Shown piece by piece: positions 25,151 through 38,875 of a stretch of 64,000 bases of DNA. The translations under genes were made by a program, and so were the position numbers. The stretch is from contig OX597820.1 of the NCBI GenBank assembly GCA_951406725.2, positions 40,548,001 through 40,612,000 on the forward strand, written 5' to 3'. This DNA comes from Octopus vulgaris (Eukaryota). The notes under the pieces were generated by a model that was given only the letters and a program-made list of their open reading frames with translations, searched no databases and was not told where the DNA came from. Position 1 is the first letter of the stretch. Each line of letters starts with the position of its first letter.

Positions 25151-27777
25151 TTCGTCTTTTGGCTTCCTGTAACTTTGCTCTCTTTTACAAACCCAGTGAA
25201 CATATATTTCCTATTTCAAAGAAATTCAAACAATAGATATAAGACCCAAGTTAAAAGGATTCTCAACAATTCAACTTCTCTGATTGACATTACGATGCCC
25301 ACCCCCAATAGGGGCGTTAACTCTCACATTTTAGAGCTCCATGACCTCCATTTTTCAGGAGCAAAATCCTTTTAACAGGTTCTATAAGACTGGAATTTTG
25401 GAATCTGCGCATAAAAATCAGTAGCATGGGATACATGTGGCACGATTAAAACTTATAATCGATTACGATTTATAAGATTGCTACTATGGAAAGTTATTCC
25501 TCTGCTTTACGAATAGTCTCTGGAAACAAATTAACTTGTATATCGAGACGTGACCGTATGCGTTTTTGCATACATATATGTTTGTGTGTGTGAATTTAAA
25601 TATCTACAATTACTTACAAGAACGTATATAAGACGTGCAATGTCAGTATACATGTGTATATGTATGATCGCTGTGTGCACATGTGTATTGGCATATGAAT
25701 ATGTATGTGCAAGCCTTTTTAAATGTACGGAAACATTGGTTGTCACCACCTGATTGAACCTATGTTTCGACGTATGTATTTGTAGAGATACATGTTTACA
25801 TGTCTACACATTTGCCTACACACTTATTACTTGTTAAAATTCTGAAAAGCTCTACATGTATCCACAACTGCTTTTCGTGGTTATACAGCTGCAATTTCCG
25901 TATTAGATGTATTGTTTCTGGTTTTGTGAAGCTTCTTTAATGAAAAATTTTGCTGCGGCAATCCATTATGTATCCATATTCTTCAATAACTACATGTATT
26001 AATTTAAAGTAATAATCTAGGAGGAGTAACTGTAGTTTTGTAACTAATTTGGCATACGTACTTTTTTTTTGTATCATATCTTTAACATACAAGATCTATA
26101 TCTATGCCTATCTGTAGTTTATCATGATGAATGGTACGCATGTGTATCTATGGATCCATGTATGTATATTGTTTAACTATACTATAGTTTGGAACGCCCT
26201 TCCTTATCACATATATTCCGTCTGATAAAATTAGGTTATGAATGAAGTTGCGTTGTGCTGTTGAAATTACCTTACGGTAATAGTTGTCTGGGCAGATATG
26301 TTCAAAGTTCAAACAATGTAAACACATATACAGCTACATTAGCCTGAGAATTTGTATAGTCTTCATAGAGACAGCATTTACAATGTAAACCACGTCTGTC
26401 TTATTTATATAATTTTCCCTTTATATATATCATTTTACAAAGAATGACTGTGGCGTGCTGGAAACCATAGAGTGGGTGAGATATAAACCAGAACAACTTG
26501 ATTATATTCGTTTCTCTTCTAGCATCAAAATATATTGACATCGACTGAGACACTCATTTTTCCGGTGTTGATGTAAATATAAATGTATTAGTCAAACGCT
26601 GAGGCCAACTCCACCTTTATGAAACATTTCCTGACGCCGTATCAAAGTTAGAAAGTAGTATTCCTTACTAATACCCAACCACACTTGATACAGGAATTGT
26701 ATTTTATATATAAAATGTGAGTATATTGTTGAACTCTGAAAATATTGAAACCATTGTATATACGGCATTTCAGTAAAGTTACAAATACCATAAAACAATT
26801 CTGAATTAGAATAATCAGTTTAGCGAAGTATATTTATATGGTGAAAGCAATTTGCAAACATGGAATATAGAATGCTTAATTTTGATTGAATTCTAATTTG
26901 TCAAGTATGCTGTTCCGTTATAGTAGGATGTAAAGCGGGAAAGGATGTAACGTTGCAATGAATGAGCAGCACTATATTTTTCTGAAACATAAAATATCGA
27001 TATGGGTAAACGTTTACTACCTCCGACATACACATGTACTTGCACATGATTACAAAACGGATCACTTTGAAAACAAGGAGCTTAGCTATATATTCTACTA
27101 TAACTATGAAATTAATACCGGTTATAGTTGTACTCACTTTGCAGTACCAAATTTTCCTCATCACATTTCTTAAGATGAAGAGTGATCAAATGGATCTGCA
27201 GAATAATTTTAGGAAAAAATAATGGCAGACATATCTGTATCCATTATTCTCGAATACCCGCTCATCTTATGAACCAGCAAAATCATTCAGTGAACCTACT
27301 AGAATAAAGACAGGTGTAGAATTCATAAAGAAGTTTAAATGCTATACTCACAGCATTAACTGCCTTAAATAAAGTACATACATATATTTTACACCAATTA
27401 TTCCAACGTTATCTTATCTAGGCTTCAAAACATACGAATAACGCTGGCGTCATCAGGAAAATCAAAGATATGGAAGTCAAATTGATGTGAAATGATATGA
27501 AATGAATAAACAACAGGTGAGTAAACAAATCAACGCTGAAATATATACGCAAAAATGAAAAAAAGGCATAAAAGAAGAGTGGGTTGTAATCACAGCGAAA
27601 ATTGTGAAAGTGAATTCTTTTGATATTCATAAATATCATGCGGAAACAAAAGTGAATGTAATAAACATCGTTCTTGTCGCTGACTGTTCTGTTTAATGGC
27701 GGTACCCGCAACGTAGCCACAGCTTATTGGCAAAAACGAGTTAAAGACTTTGAGGAAACTGATAACAATAATGATAG

Positions 27778-27982
27778 TGGTTTCTGAACTAGGCACAAGG
27801 CCAGCAATTTTGAGGCGGATTGATTAGTCGATCCCAGTACTTAAATTTCACTTTATTTATCGTCCCCATGTCGGTTAAAGACAAAATTGTTCACGGTAGA
27901 ATTTAAACTCATGCTGAGTCAGGACAAATACTGAAAAATATTTTTCCAATACTTTAAAGATTCTTGTAGCGCATCACTTTAA
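27778..27982 (-). mobile_element. SINE family B, degenerate
   Basis: GGCACAAGGCCAGCAATTTT..GATTAGTCGATCCCAGTAC..GAATTTAAACTC. Confidence 0.6.
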
Positions 27983-28049
27983 TGTTAGTAATGATAACAA
28001 CAAAATCAATAGCAGCAGAACAATAAAAACACAACTACATGAAACCATT

Positions 28050-28872
28050 ATCAAGCTTTTGAATCGTGAAACCTGAAACTTAATTAAGACGGAAGCTCTG
28101 GATTTGAAAAATAATTTGATATCCTAAAAACTCCTCCTACAGAAAATGCATCGATCACCATTAATGCTAAACGTAACAAACACAAGAGAAAACACTGTGG
28201 AACATCCAAATACAGAATACCTGAAAAGGCAAAGAAATGCACGGAAAATGCTTCACAAAATAGATGCAAGAGTTTGAGAATAATGAACAGAAGTTTTGCG
28301 AGGACCTAAGTGGTAATTTACTGAAAGCTGATATAAACTAGTTGCTAGCTCTCATACAAGCCGAGATTCTCGCATCTAGATCCTGTTATGGGATAAAGAA
28401 TGGGAAAGACTCATAATACGAAATTTGTGGAAAGAGGGAAGAGACTATGATTTCAGGATATCTGAAATTGACAAAAACTGAAAAGTCATTATATAGGGAT
28501 TGAAAACACACACATTTTTTATGCTAATAGTTGCCTTAAAGACAAAAGTAAGTGCATAAAAGTAACGTAGTCTTAAAACTATAAACAACATAGAGAAAAA
28601 TCATAAAAAAAGCTCTTGACATATACTGTGTGGATTATTGTCTATAAAATAGGGAATGCAAGACCAAAACAAAGCACGACACATACTCAAGGAACACACA
28701 GAGCTCAGAAATTTATTGACAGCATAAAACAAAAATACATCTAGTAAAACATAATTGATTTACGTAGTCCCAGGTACAAATTTCCGATAGTTTCAGGAAT
28801 ATTCTGCGCGCACTACACACATTTTACGAGGGCTTACGTAATCGGGTAAAACACAACTGAACCCTGATGTGG
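28050..28872 (+). mobile_element. Decayed R4/Dong-like LINE 3' fragment ending at (TAA)n
   Basis: Remnants of LKA..(E) and ICGKREET (Zn knuckle) plus terminal TTHILR, matching 32580-33230; directly followed by (TAC/TAA)n. Confidence 0.45.
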
Positions 28873-28881
28873 TAATACTAA

Positions 28882-28978
<97 letters not shown>
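28873..28978. repeat. (TAC)n/(TAA)n microsatellite
   Basis: Seen directly in the sequence. Confidence 0.95.
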
Positions 28979-29084
28979 CAGGGAATTTTAACATGTGAAA
29001 GCGATAAAACACAGCTCCGAAATGTATGCAAAATCACCGAGAATAATGGAAACAAGTGGAGCCAAAAATAACCGACAAAGTGTT

Positions 29085-29630
29085 AGACTATATCCGAGTG
29101 AGTATTACTCATTAAAATTTATTTCTATTTTCCAAATGAAATAGTGTGTTTGAACTGTGTATCATCTCCATCACCCACACAACACGTGTAATCACTCTCG
29201 CCACATTATGTTCCAATCAATATCAGACCAGACACAAACAACTACCATACGCAAACAAAAATGAAAAATATATTAAACAAAGCACTGAGAAAGCACAAAC
29301 CTCCGCCATGGCAACATCAACGTTCTCTCAACGATAAGCCAGAGGTGATTTTTAAAAACAGAATATCTGAAATAAACTCAACTGCTCTCACAAACGAGAA
29401 TACTAAAAATTAACCCGACCGCTCTCAAAAATTTAGTAAAAACAGGAAAAATAATCCAGAATATTTGTCCGGAATAGGATCGATCCCAAAATCTGATCTG
29501 TTTGTGCTAGTCACGAGGCCAAACATCCCTGAATGTGACAACCAAGTCTATCCAGCGGTTCTTAAGACATCTTGTCCACAGACAAACAAAGAAACAATAC
29601 CTCCGCTTTCGCTAAGTTGGAGGTATTAAT
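29085..29630 (+). mobile_element. Helentron/DINE-1-like non-autonomous element
   Basis: 3' CACAGACAAACAAA followed by hairpin AATACCTCC...GGAGGTATT (29596-29627); internal ACCTCCGC copy near 29299. Confidence 0.45.
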
Positions 29631-29631
29631 A

Positions 29632-32600
29632 CCCTTATTATTTAAACCAAGGATAACAAACTGGAAGTACTTACTTTAAACTTGTTACACAAAAGGTACG
29701 AAAAACTACATGTGTAAAACCATTTAACACCAGAAATGAACGGACCAATACCCTGCGAAAATGATCACCATCAAAATAAAGGGCCGAACGTTATTCCTCA
29801 TGTCCCGCAAATAAAATTAAAAAATCATAAATGGACACGAGGGGAATATATTTGAATCCTACTCAGTTATTTTACAGCAGTACTCTACCGAGAGAACGAA
29901 GACACAACAACATTTACATATAAAATCTGAAAGAAAAATAACCTAGATAAAGATTTGGATATACCAATGAACCCGAACAAACTAGCTAGCATACAGAGAT
30001 ATATTCTCAAAACAAAAGAAAATATCAAAAATAGAAATAGAACACTTAAAAGAAAAAAATACATCACGAAAACGTAGCAATGCCAAAGAATATCATAAGC
30101 ACCGGAACAGTATAATACGAAGACAGACGTAACACGTCCAACGAAGACGAATTAAACAACGAAAGCCAACAAACTCAGACCATAGAAATGTATAATGATG
30201 TGCAAAATGTACCAAACCAGAACACCACAGATGAGAATATGAATGGGACGGAATACGAAACAAATCCCAAACCTGGAAGCAGTGAAGGGGAAGCTAATGA
30301 TTATGATACTCTAAAAATGAGCATAATCAAAGAATTGAAAGTCACAGATTTCAGTATGAACCACCGATTGTGCCGCCCAAAACCTAAAATTAATAATAAA
30401 ACAACATCAGTAATAAATAGCATGAACCCGGCCATCAAAGAACTAATAGCTACAGTAACAAATGTTAATATGACCAGACTAAATTATATAATATATGGAG
30501 CAGCCTCTGTGGCTACAAAACAAGATGGAAACTCCCTAAAATCCATCCAAACAAGAGTATCATCACCCAAATCAAACTTGTGGATGAATAATATCGAGAA
30601 AAAATAGAAAATAAGAGAAAGGGTCTGTCAATCCTTAATGAAACTAATAGACAATCAACATTAATAAGCAACAAAAGAGAAGAAAAATACTACGTAAATA
30701 CAAAATTACAGAACAAGGTACATCTGAGGTAAAAGAGCAGCTAAAGCAAGATATCCTAGCCAAAACACAAAGAATCCGCCGGTATGAGAAATGCCAATGT
30801 TTCTTTGAACAAAACAAGCAGTTCAACTCCAACCTCAAAAGATTCTACCAAGAACGTGGCAAAATAAAATAGAGATCAATGTAGCACCAACACCAGACGT
30901 GAAAGAATTTTGGAAGGAAATATAGTTGGCGAAAGAACCTCAGAAAAGATCTATCAAAACAACGAACACAGCACCTGAACAACTCTGGAGCCCTATAGCA
31001 ACTGAAGAGGTCACCAAAGCACTGCAAAACCTAAGCAACTGTGGAAGGCACCCGGTCACGACAAAATCCCCAACTTCTGGTTTAAATATCTAACAGGAAC
31101 ACAATAAAAGCTGGCTGAGAAATTTAGTGAAATACTAGCAGAGCCAGAGACAATGCCTGGATGGCTCCCGGAAGGGAAAACTATCCTAATTCCCAAATGC
31201 ACTGAAACGGCAAACCCACAAAATTACAGACCAATAACATACCTCCCTACATTTTACAACGTCTTTAGTGCAGTAATATCGCAGATAATAGGCAAATATC
31301 TGGAAGACAACAGCCTGTTTCCAGAAGAGCAGAGGAGATGCTGCAAGATGTCATACGGATTAAAATATCAGTTACTGATCAATAAAGCCATAACTGAATA
31401 CAGCCGAAGAAAGAAGATGGGGCTAAGTATGGCCTTGATCGATTACCGAAAGGCTTTTGATAGTATTCTCTACACATGGATCCTAGAAACAATAGCCATG
31501 AATAATATAGCACCAATAATCATAAATTGTATAAAATATTACATGAATAAATGGCAGATAGTGTTACAGCTCCAGGCAAATAGGGACTCATAAAAAACAA
31601 AGCCATCCCCATCAGAAGAAGACTATTCCAGGGAGACACACTCTCTTCACTACTTTCTTGCTTGGCAATTGTACCTTTATCTGACACACTAAACAGTACT
31701 AGATGTGGATACAACTGTTACGGCAAAGCAATCAACCATCTCTTGTATATGGATGATCTAAACTATACGCTATAAATGATAAACTGCTGGAAACATAACT
31801 CCAGACAGTACATGGATTTACCAAAGAAATATGATATTTGGTTTAGAAAATGTGCCAAAGCTATCTTGAAAAGAGGAAAGCTACTTAAGAGTAGCAGCAT
31901 CACACAACATAAAGCAAATGAAATAAGAGAATTAGACCAAAGCCAGACATACAAATACTTAGAAATCAATGAACTAGATACGATGCAACACACACAAATG
32001 AAGGAGAACATAAAAAAGACGAGTTAGACTAATACTGAAAACAGAGTTTAATGCGAAAATATATATCAACAGTCTAGCCGTCCCAGTTACAAGTTACAGC
32101 TACAATATTCTGAACTGGACTCTAAATCAGCTAATCAAAATAGGCAGGTAAACAAGAAAAATAATGACTGCATTCAGGATGCATCACCCAAAATCTGACA
32201 AGGAAATGCTATATATACAACGTATGGAAGGTGGTAGAGACCTTATACAGCTAGAAAACTATTAGAAAATAATCATCATAGGACTACAAATATGCCTAAT
32301 TCAGAAGCAAGGACAACAAATAAAATAGCCACAAAACACAAACAAAACAAAATACTCTTTTCCGTCTTTAAGGAAGCTGACAAATACAAAAAAATAATAC
32401 CTAACAACTACGAAAAAAGAAGAAACATAGCAAAAGCTGTAATACAACTGAAATCCAATCTATGGAACAGCCAGGGGTCATGATGAAATGATAGCAAAAA
32501 AAGCCCCTTCATGGCTAATATTAGTCTAAGATAAACAGGAAAGAAATAGACAAAACAAAATCCCAACAATGGCTGAGAAGCTCAGGACTCAAAGCAGAGA

Positions 32601-33340
32601 CTGAAAGTTTTTTTTAATTCAGCACAAGTGCAAAGCCTTCCCACCAGAAATCACCAAAAACATGTAATGAAAAGAAAGCAACAAGTAACTGCAGAATATG
32701 TGGTGATGGAGAAGAAACAATAGATCATATTGTCTCTAGCTGCTAAGTCCTGGCTAAGAAGGACTTGAGATCTATATACACTAGAAGCTATGCCAACACT
32801 ATGGAATAACAACAAGAAAAAAAAATGATATAGGCACTTGTCAGAAAAGGTCACAGAAAATGAGAAAGCAACCATACTATGGGATATGCCAATACACACA
32901 GACAGAGAAATGAAGGCCAATAGTCCGGATATATTTGTTAGAGATCACCATGAGAAAAATGCGTTCTTCTCGATATGTCAATATCAACAGATGACAGTGT
33001 TTCTCTAAAAGAAGCGGAGAAACTTTCAAAATACAAAGATTTGGAAATAGAAGTAACTCGAATGTGAAGCCTAAAAACAGAAACAGTTCGTATCATCGTA
33101 GGTGCCTTAGGTACGATAAAAAAAAATTCAGACCAAAACATAACAAAAACATCAGGTCTTACAAGTATATATAACATACGGAAATAGCACTACGAGGCAC
33201 CGCATACATCCTACGTAAAGCACTTACTATACTGTGAAAATAGGTGCACCACAACAGACCACAGCTCATACCCAATGTACACAGAGCACCGCTCGGTAGT
33301 GCTGTAAAAGCACGTGATAAAATTAAAACTACTGAATAAT
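29632..33340 (+). mobile_element. Near full-length decayed R4/Dong-clade non-LTR retrotransposon (RT + CCHC + restriction-like endonuclease)
   Basis: GKTILIPK..NYRPIT, IDYRKAFDS, FQGDTLS, HLLYMDDL, CRICGDGEETIDHIVSSC, ILWDMPIHTD..ANSPDI..LLDMS..EKLSKYKDL, IVGALG; many stops and frameshifts; the 3' UTR ends AATAAT. Confidence 0.88.
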
Positions 33341-33845
33341 GCAAGGTAACGGGTACTTCGCACCAACATGCACCTGAAAAGGTAATGGAAGAAAAGGGGA
33401 AGGCAACTCTGCCTTCCAGACAAGACTGAACATAGTAACGCTTAGGAGGGACAGGCAAGGGTGACTAATAATCGATGTGACAGTTCTAGGAAATGAATAT
33501 ATTATCATGGAAGAAAGAGAAAAGATTGCTAAATATGGAGACTGAGAATTGAGATCGCCAAGATGTGCCAGCTGTGAGAGTCAAACATAAAGGTTGTTCC
33601 TGTTGTCATCGGAGCATTGGGTTCAATACCACCCAACCTGAAGAAACATTTGTAAACTTTAGAAATACTCTAAAATGTAGGTGTATTGCAAAAAATCGGT
33701 TTTACTTGGAATTTCGCGCATGGTGCTTAAGTTACTGTTTGCCTGAGAAGTTTTGTTGTGACTTGGCAGACACTACAAACCTCCGGTAGACACAATATTT
33801 TCAATGAACAACATCACGATACTGGATACCGTGTGAAGTCTTAAA
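33341..33845 (+). mobile_element. Second R4/Dong-like subfamily, 3' RLE fragment
   Basis: HAPEKVMEE, LIIDVTV, EREKIAKY, VVPVVIGALGSIP, LQKS; ends at an (AAC/AAT)n tract. Confidence 0.7.
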
Positions 33846-33883
33846 TAACAACAACAACAACAGCAACAACAACAATAATAATG

Positions 33884-33960
<77 letters not shown>

Positions 33961-34050
33961 AAGAAGAAGAAGAAGAAGATGAAGATGAAGAATAACAACA
34001 ACAACAATAATAATTATTATAATAATAATACCAATAATAATAATAATAAT
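33845..34050. repeat. (AAC)/(AAT)/(AAG)n compound microsatellite
   Basis: Seen directly in the sequence. Confidence 0.95.
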
Positions 34051-34059
34051 TTTAATAGA

Positions 34060-34838
34060 CAAGACAAAGAGCGCGATGCGATTGCAATATATATTTTATT
34101 GGTTGGACGATATTTCGACAGCTTGCTTGTCTTTGTCGAGTTAAAAAAAAAATGTGATAAAAATTCAAAATTATAGAAATTCAAATCTAAATTATGAACG
34201 ATAGCAACCAGCGTCTAGACTTCGATGGAGTGCCATCATCCGTCTTTAAGTTTCAATTTTATAACCGGCGTACAGAAAAGGAGAGAGAAGTGAACGAAAA
34301 AAGAAAGGGAAAAAGGATATTTAATCAAACAGTTTTGTATAAATTTGATGATATTCACTGTCATTTTATTAATTCCTCCAGGGCGTGCTGTTATTAACCT
34401 GCAAACATATTTCTCCTCATGCATTTTGAGTATTGAAAGTGAAGCAGGTTCAGAATATTTTCTGAGAATATGCACTTTCAAGTCTTTTTCGTGCAGCCCT
34501 TTGAAGCAAAATGTTCGGTAAGTTCTGTCGAACTGCTTTTATTGTGCCTGACATCTTATCTGTGCCCAATAAATCTTTTGTTTAATTGTTCTGTTGTACA
34601 ACCAGCATAAATCAAGATGTGTTTCATGCATTCTACCGCGTACTCCAAATGTAAATATCTACAAGGCCCGCCTTCTGTATAAATCATAACAATTCTCATA
34701 GGATTCCTAATAGAATCACTTGACTCATGTTGTTGCACAATTACCTCTCTTGCGGCAGTTTTTCAAGGTACAATGGGAAGATACTCCAATGAATGTTTTC
34801 TTGGTGTCAGAAATAAGACAATAGTTCTGAAATGAAAA
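34060..34838 (-). mobile_element. Penelope-like element 3' fragment (GIY-YIG endonuclease)
   Basis: LEYAVECMKHILIYAGCTTEQLNKRFIGHR..ELTEHFASKGC..HEEKYVCRLITARPGGIN is a PLE-type GIY-YIG with upstream Cys residues; degenerate HHR-like CGGATGATGG-CACT-CCATCGAAG at about 34215-34245. Confidence 0.7.
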
Positions 34839-34938
34839 TATGATTTGCGTCTGCGCAGAGGTTTGAAAAGTTAGGATATACAAACCGTTAGATCTACATG
34901 TGCTTCTAACAGTCTGTGCGTCTAGGATTACGAAGGTT

Positions 34939-35014
34939 TCCCACTGAAGAACCTGGCCTGGCAAATATATTCTGTGTATTTGCTAAAAATAGGTAGAAAC
35001 CGTTCGGTCTGGGA
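34939..35014 (+). ncRNA. Type I hammerhead ribozyme, copy 1
   Basis: Helix I TCCCA/TGGGA; core CTGAAGA (34944-50); helix II ACCT..AGGT with an inner hairpin GCAAATATAT/GTGTATTTGC; GAAA (34996-99); helix III CCG-TT-CGG; GUC cleavage triplet ending at 35009. Confidence 0.75.
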
Positions 35015-35378
35015 TATATAGCTGAGATGGTATATGTTTTTAATTTTCATTCCTTTCATGAATTTATCCCTTTTTGTGTTTCTAGCACTACGCTTCCTTA
35101 TTTGGAAGCCTTTTTTTATATTTCTATACGAAAAATATATAGTCTAATGACTAATTTCTCTTTTGTGTTAGGCCACTGGTAATAATAATTTATTTTATTA
35201 CCCTATTTGATTATGTTTAAATATTGCTTGATACATTTGTTCGTAAATTTTTACCGGCATCCTCCCTGTTTCGCCGGGTATGATTTGCGTCTGCGCAGAG
35301 GTTTGAAAAGTTAGGATATACAAACCGTTAGATCTACATGTGCTACTAACAGTCTGTGCGTCTAGGATTACGAAGGCT

Positions 35379-35454
35379 TCCCACTGAAGAACCTGGCCTG
35401 GCAAATATATTCTGTGTGTTTGCTAAAAATAGGTAGAAACCGTTCGGTCTGGGA
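35379..35454 (+). ncRNA. Type I hammerhead ribozyme, copy 2
   Basis: Same core and helices as copy 1; predicted cleavage after 35449; A>G at 35418 turns a U-A pair into a U-G pair. Confidence 0.75.
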
Positions 35455-36333
35455 TATAGCTGAGATGGTAAATGTTTTTAACTTTCATTCCTTTCATGAA
35501 TTTATCCCTTTTTGTGTTTCTAGCACTACGCTTCCTTATTTGGAAGCCTTTTTTTATATTTCTGTACGAAAAATATAGTCTAATGACTAATTGGTCTTTT
35601 GTGCTAGGCCACTGGTAATAATAATTTATTTTATTACCCTATTTGATTATATTTTTATATAAATATATATATACACATACACACCCGCACATACAAAAAT
35701 ACATATATATATATATATATATATATACACAAACACACACACAAAAATATATTTGTGAAATGTATATTTATTAAATATATGAAACCAGCTGATTCTTGAA
35801 TTTACATGTATATAATAGGTACATACAGTTTAAATAAAAGAAATATTCCTGCGAGAAAAACCTTCAAAGAAACCTTAATACTGGTTTGTTCTTATTCTAT
35901 GAATTCCTGCCAGAAATCTCATTATTAAATCCTGAAGTTAGCAAACATTAATACATCGGCTAATTTCATACAGAATATTCAAAAGATCTAATTGGTTTAT
36001 AATTGGGCACTGTTTCCGAAACAGCTTTCTTCTGCAATATTTCAGTAATTGTCCTGCGTATCTCTGAAAATCTCTTGGATTAAGAACAGGAGAAGTCTGT
36101 GGTGTTGTATTTTTAACCGGTTTATAGAAGCATTTCGATATACATGTTAGTTATAAATAAGTAAACAGAATATGAAGAAATATACAACACAAAGAAAATA
36201 TTGGTAACGATGAAGTAATTTCGGATATATTCATCAAAATTTCTAGTTTGGCGACTGAGAGTAGGTAACAAGGTGCCTGAATGCATATGTGCAAACACGT
36301 GTAAGTGTGAGTGCACACATAACTTTATATGTG

Positions 36334-36461
<128 letters not shown>

Positions 36462-36699
36462 CATGTATGTGTGTAATTATGTGTTTAAAGAGATAGATTT
36501 ATATGTATTTTTCGTGTATATATTCCATTAACTATTTACCTATACCGAATATACATACTTGGGTGACAGTGTTACGTATGGATTTATGAGCGAATATATT
36601 TATGCTTAGATGTATGAATGCATATGCATATGTATATACCCATGCAAACTGAAGCAGGTATTAACATAATTGAATGCGTACATTACTAAGGCATGTGTG

Positions 36700-36754
<55 letters not shown>

Positions 36755-36783
36755 GTATGTATGTGTGTGTGTGTGTGTGTGTA

Positions 36784-36968
36784 CATGCTTACATATATAT
36801 TGAAATTTTTATGCTACGCAATCGTTACTCTCACGTGTTCTCTTCCAGTATATATATCTATATATATATGTGGGGGAAGGATGTATGTTTGTGTGTGTAT
36901 ACATGCTTGCATATATATTGAAAATTTTATACTACGCAATCGTTACTCTCACGTGTTCTCTTCCAGTA
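36784..36968 (+). repeat. ~66-bp local duplication (36784-36849, 36902-36968)
   Basis: CATGCTT..ATATATATTGAAA..CTACGCAATCGTTACTCTCACGTGTTCTCTTCCAGTA occurs twice. Confidence 0.85.
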
Positions 36969-37799
36969 CGCTTATAACTGCGTCTGATGTTTGCCAGGTG
37001 TCAGATTATGAACTGAGTGTAGGCGTTTGAAGAGGATATATTGAAGTCTTCGCGTGTATGTTGTAGTGAGTACTGCATCGCAAAAACTGAACTTCTTATG
37101 AATTCGAATCACTTCAAGTGAAGCGTGCGCGCGCTCGCGCGCGCGCGCGCGTGTGTGTGTGTGTAAAGATATAAATTAAAGAAGGTTGTTGTGTAAGTTC
37201 GGAATAATATGAGAAGGTACAAAGAAAACTAACATAGGGAAGGAAATAGAACAAACAAACAGTTTTACCTCATATTTCTATATTTCGGTATGAAGATATC
37301 ATCCTCAGGACATGTATAAAAAGCAGTAGGTGGAAAAGTCGTCGCTCAGATGAGTGGGGAGATGATAGGAGAGGTCACAAACACATATGCAATATGTAAA
37401 ACTACAAAATCACGTTGGTGCTCCAGCATGACAGTAATACATGACTGAAACGAATAACAGAATAAAAGTATACACGTGCGCACGTATGTGTGCGTTAGTT
37501 TATTTACACGTGTACGTGCATGTATAATTATTGATATATGTGTCTTTGTCTTTTGATCCGGTGATATATACACATCCAAAATATGAATAAGTGTGTTTAT
37601 TTGTCTTTTGAGTTATCTGCTTGCTCCAAAGCATATTCTCAAACAAATGTAAGCTCATATTTAATTTGTATATATCTGTATTAATGGACGAGCTTTTAGT
37701 AATTTACTTATAAAATATTCACAGACGTGGTATCCATATATAGCTGAACTATACAAAACACACATTCTTTGCATTGTCACTGTCTTTTTGCTTTCTTTC

Positions 37800-38300
<501 letters not shown>

Positions 38301-38654
38301 AACACATTTGTGAAATGTATATCTATTACATAAATGAAACCAGCAGATTCTGAAATGTTTGTCTATTTCTCTCTCTGTATTTGTCCATCTCTCTCACTCT
38401 CTCTCCCTTTGTCACTCTCTCTCTCTCTCTATCTATTTATCTATCAATCTATCTCAATCACCACTATCTTGAACAATCAAGTTTTCTGTCCTATTTCTAT
38501 ACTTTTTACTTTAATACCTCTTTTATTTTCCCTGTATTTTCTTTTATTTTACTTTCTATCCATGTCATTCTCTTTCTCTCTATTTCCTTTCCAACATATT
38601 TATAAAACCTCTTGCAACCTGTTCAACTTAAAGCATTCGTTTTGTGTAACATAA

Positions 38655-38875
38655 CAGTTTCGTGTTTTGGTACAAGGCCAGCAATTTCAGGGTGGTGGTT
38701 AAAAGCTGATTACAATAGCCCTAGTGACCAACTGATACTTATTATATTGATCTCCCGTACGGATGAGAGGCAGAATCAACCTCCGCTGAATTTGAACTTA
38801 GAATCGAAAAAGCAGACGAAATGCCACTAAGCATTTTGGCCAGTGTGCTAATGATCCTGCCAGCCTGCCGCCCAT
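38655..38875 (-). mobile_element. SINE family B copy
   Basis: GTACAAGGCCAGCAATTTC..TGAATTTGAACTTAGAA..GACGAAATGCCACTAAGCATTTTG..CCTGCCAGCCTGCCG. Confidence 0.7.

Larger units (their letters stand above)
34839..35650 (+). repeat. Tandem repeat, 440-bp period (34839-35213 and 35279-35650), candidate retrozyme
   Basis: Two highly similar copies separated by 65 nt, each containing a type I hammerhead. Confidence 0.9.

Noticed and set aside
34839-35650. Assembly-artefact duplication or LTR pair
   Set aside because: The copies differ by several substitutions and indels and are separated by 65 unique nt; there are no TG..CA ends, PBS or PPT.
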